In this document: positions 62,768 through 64,000 of the stretch, piece after piece
How positions within the stretch are numbered: position 1 is the stretch's first letter
Layout of the letters: each line of letters opens with the position of its first letter
Virus record (IMG/VR): IMGVR_UViG_3300045988_076196
Span: 1-64,000 of that record
Origin: a virus
Length of the DNA: 64,000 bases
Direction: 5' to 3' (one strand)
Program-made: the position numbers and the translations under genes
The notes under the pieces: generated by a model
What the model was told of the DNA's origin: nothing
Seen by the model: only the letters and a program-made list of their open reading frames with translations
Databases searched by the model: none

Positions 62768-63841
62768 ATGTTGTTATCAAAAGTTGTTAAGTTGAAATGG
62801 AACACAAAGAATAGAAAACATTACGAAAGTATTGGATATATATTTACTAAATATGGTGATGAATTTGATGTAAAAGTCGAAGATTTGACACCTTCTAGTA
62901 AAGTTGTTGTTGAGGTTGAATGTGACTTTTGTCATAGCGTTGTTGTGAAAAAGAAATATCAAACATATAATATACAGCATCACGAAAAATATGGGGATTG
63001 TTGTGCATCATGCCAATCTAAAAAGAATAAGTTGATATGTATGGATAAATATGGCGTTGACAATGGTTCTAAGACAGAATATGCCATTGAAAAAATAAAA
63101 CAAGTTAGTATGGAGAGATATGGTGTAGATAACCCATCTAAGATAAGCGATGTAAGACGCAAGTTAAGCGAAATAGCTAAGGCTAATTCAGAAGATGTTA
63201 TCACTAAGAGAAATCAGACCATGCTAGAAAAATATGGCACGACATCACCAATGGACTTAGATATTGTCAAAGAGAAACAACGTGATACTCTATTGAAGAA
63301 TTATGGCGTTGAGCATCCAAAGCAAAGTGAAGAAATAAAAATGAGAGAACGTCAACGGAATATTGAGAAATATGGTGTTGATAATCCTATGAAACTTAAA
63401 TCCGTAAGAGATAAGATAAAGGCAACGTGTCTTGAAAAATATGGCGTTGAATGCTCATTAAGCTCACCAGATGTTAGAGCTAAAATTAACAAAACATTAC
63501 TTGAAAATGGTAATGTAAAAACATCTAAACAACAACTTCAACTACAACAACTATTAAAAGAAATATATGGAGATTGTGACTTAAACAAGCCGTGTGGTTC
63601 ATGCTTTCTTGATTGTGTAATTGAATATAATGGTGTCAATATAGATATTGAATATGATGGTGAATATTGGCATCAAGATACACAACAAGATAGGCGTAGA
63701 GACGAATTTGTCAAATCACAAGGATATAAAATTCTGCGCATTCGTGGAAGATATGACATTCCAAATAAAGAACAACTTGTGAAACATATTGAAGAATTGG
63801 TAAATTCACAACATACATTCGATATAATTAAAATGGTATAA
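62768..63841 (+). CDS. intron-encoded endonuclease: repeat array + Vsr/DUF559-like PD-(D/E)XK module
   Basis: six roughly 30-aa repeats (KYGVDNPSK-type); C-terminal IEYDGEYWHQD...DRRRDEF...GYKILRIRG; AAAGGA RBS 9 nt before ATG 62768. Confidence 0.7.
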   Translation: MLLSKVVKLKWNTKNRKHYESIGYIFTKYGDEFDVKVEDLTPSSKVVVEVECDFCHSVVVKKKYQTYNIQHHEKYGDCCASCQSKKNKLICMDKYGVDNGSKTEYAIEKIKQVSMERYGVDNPSKISDVRRKLSEIAKANSEDVITKRNQTMLEKYGTTSPMDLDIVKEKQRDTLLKNYGVEHPKQSEEIKMRERQRNIEKYGVDNPMKLKSVRDKIKATCLEKYGVECSLSSPDVRAKINKTLLENGNVKTSKQQLQLQQLLKEIYGDCDLNKPCGSCFLDCVIEYNGVNIDIEYDGEYWHQDTQQDRRRDEFVKSQGYKILRIRGRYDIPNKEQLVKHIEELVNSQHTFDIIKMV

Positions 63842-63854
63842 AATATAATTAGGT

Positions 63855-64000
63855 AATGCACTAATCGGTAAATATTATCATGATTCTGGTCTAACTGTTC
63901 AGATTACTGACTCTTGCTTCAAGCTAGAGTATATTGCGGCCAATCTTGGTGTTGATCTACAGAAGGGCGGTCTTGGTGTTTATCAGGGCGAACTGGTTGT
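63855..64000 (+). CDS. tail-module structural protein, exon 2 (partial, runs off the window)
   Basis: frame open from 63849; NALIGKYYHDSGLTVQITDSCFKLEYIAANLGVDLQKGGLGVYQGELV. Confidence 0.55.

Larger units (their letters stand above)
62320..63854 (+). mobile_element. group I-like intron with an internal promoter and an endonuclease ORF (boundaries +/-1 nt)
   Basis: P1: exon AGGGU 62315..62319 pairs with GCCCU 62327..62331 (U.G at the splice site). UUCG/GAAA-capped hairpins. GGT is present at both junctions. Confidence 0.65.

Noticed and set aside
1-64000. Genome-wide stop-codon reassignment (TAG or TGA recoding), as in some gut phages
   Set aside because: ORFs are long and contiguous under the standard code. 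TGA terminates many late genes, and TAG terminates the RNAP gene and terL. I found only one internal TAG and one internal TGA. At most, this is local readthrough or mutation.

Overview
This 64-kb window looks like most of a tailed dsDNA phage genome. Its signals are Firmicutes-style: AT-rich sequence, GGAGG ribosome-binding sites and near-consensus TTGACA-17-TATAAT promoters.

Layout:
- 0.1-31.4 kb and 38.0-42.7 kb carry leftward (minus-strand) early, replication and accessory genes. These include a RecD-like helicase, DHH/RecJ-like exonuclease, primase, DnaB-like helicase, family-B DNA polymerase, Sak4-like ATPase with a DUF669-like SSB, beta-CASP MBL nuclease, tyrosine recombinase, HU, dCMP deaminase, Lar and a T5orf172 protein. 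They are split into many short units, each with its own promoter.
- 43.1-64 kb is a rightward late arm: a YonO/RdRP-like single-subunit RNA polymerase, two DNABII paralogs, a metallophosphoesterase, terminase, portal, scaffold/protease, capsid, connector and tail genes.

Stand-out observations:
1. The phage RNAP gene and a tail-module gene are each interrupted by a group I-like intron that carries a homing endonuclease. There are six HEG-type ORFs in total.
2. A leftward tRNA/ncRNA island (24.5-26.6 kb, plus 27.4 kb) holds three non-canonical tRNA-like genes. It also holds two families of duplicated structured RNAs with compensatory base changes.
3. terL contains an in-frame TAG, and a small conserved Cys protein contains an in-frame TGA.
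4. A GC-rich island of small genes (33.1-35.7 kb) is bracketed by two ORF-free, AT-rich, repeat-dense regions of about 1.2 kb each.
5. A divergent control region (42.7-43.1 kb) has tandem promoters, a 19-bp perfect inverted repeat and a palindrome core that recurs at the orphan gene at 36.9 kb.

No rRNA, CRISPR array or transposase was seen. All functional calls come from motifs read by eye; no database search or folding program was available.
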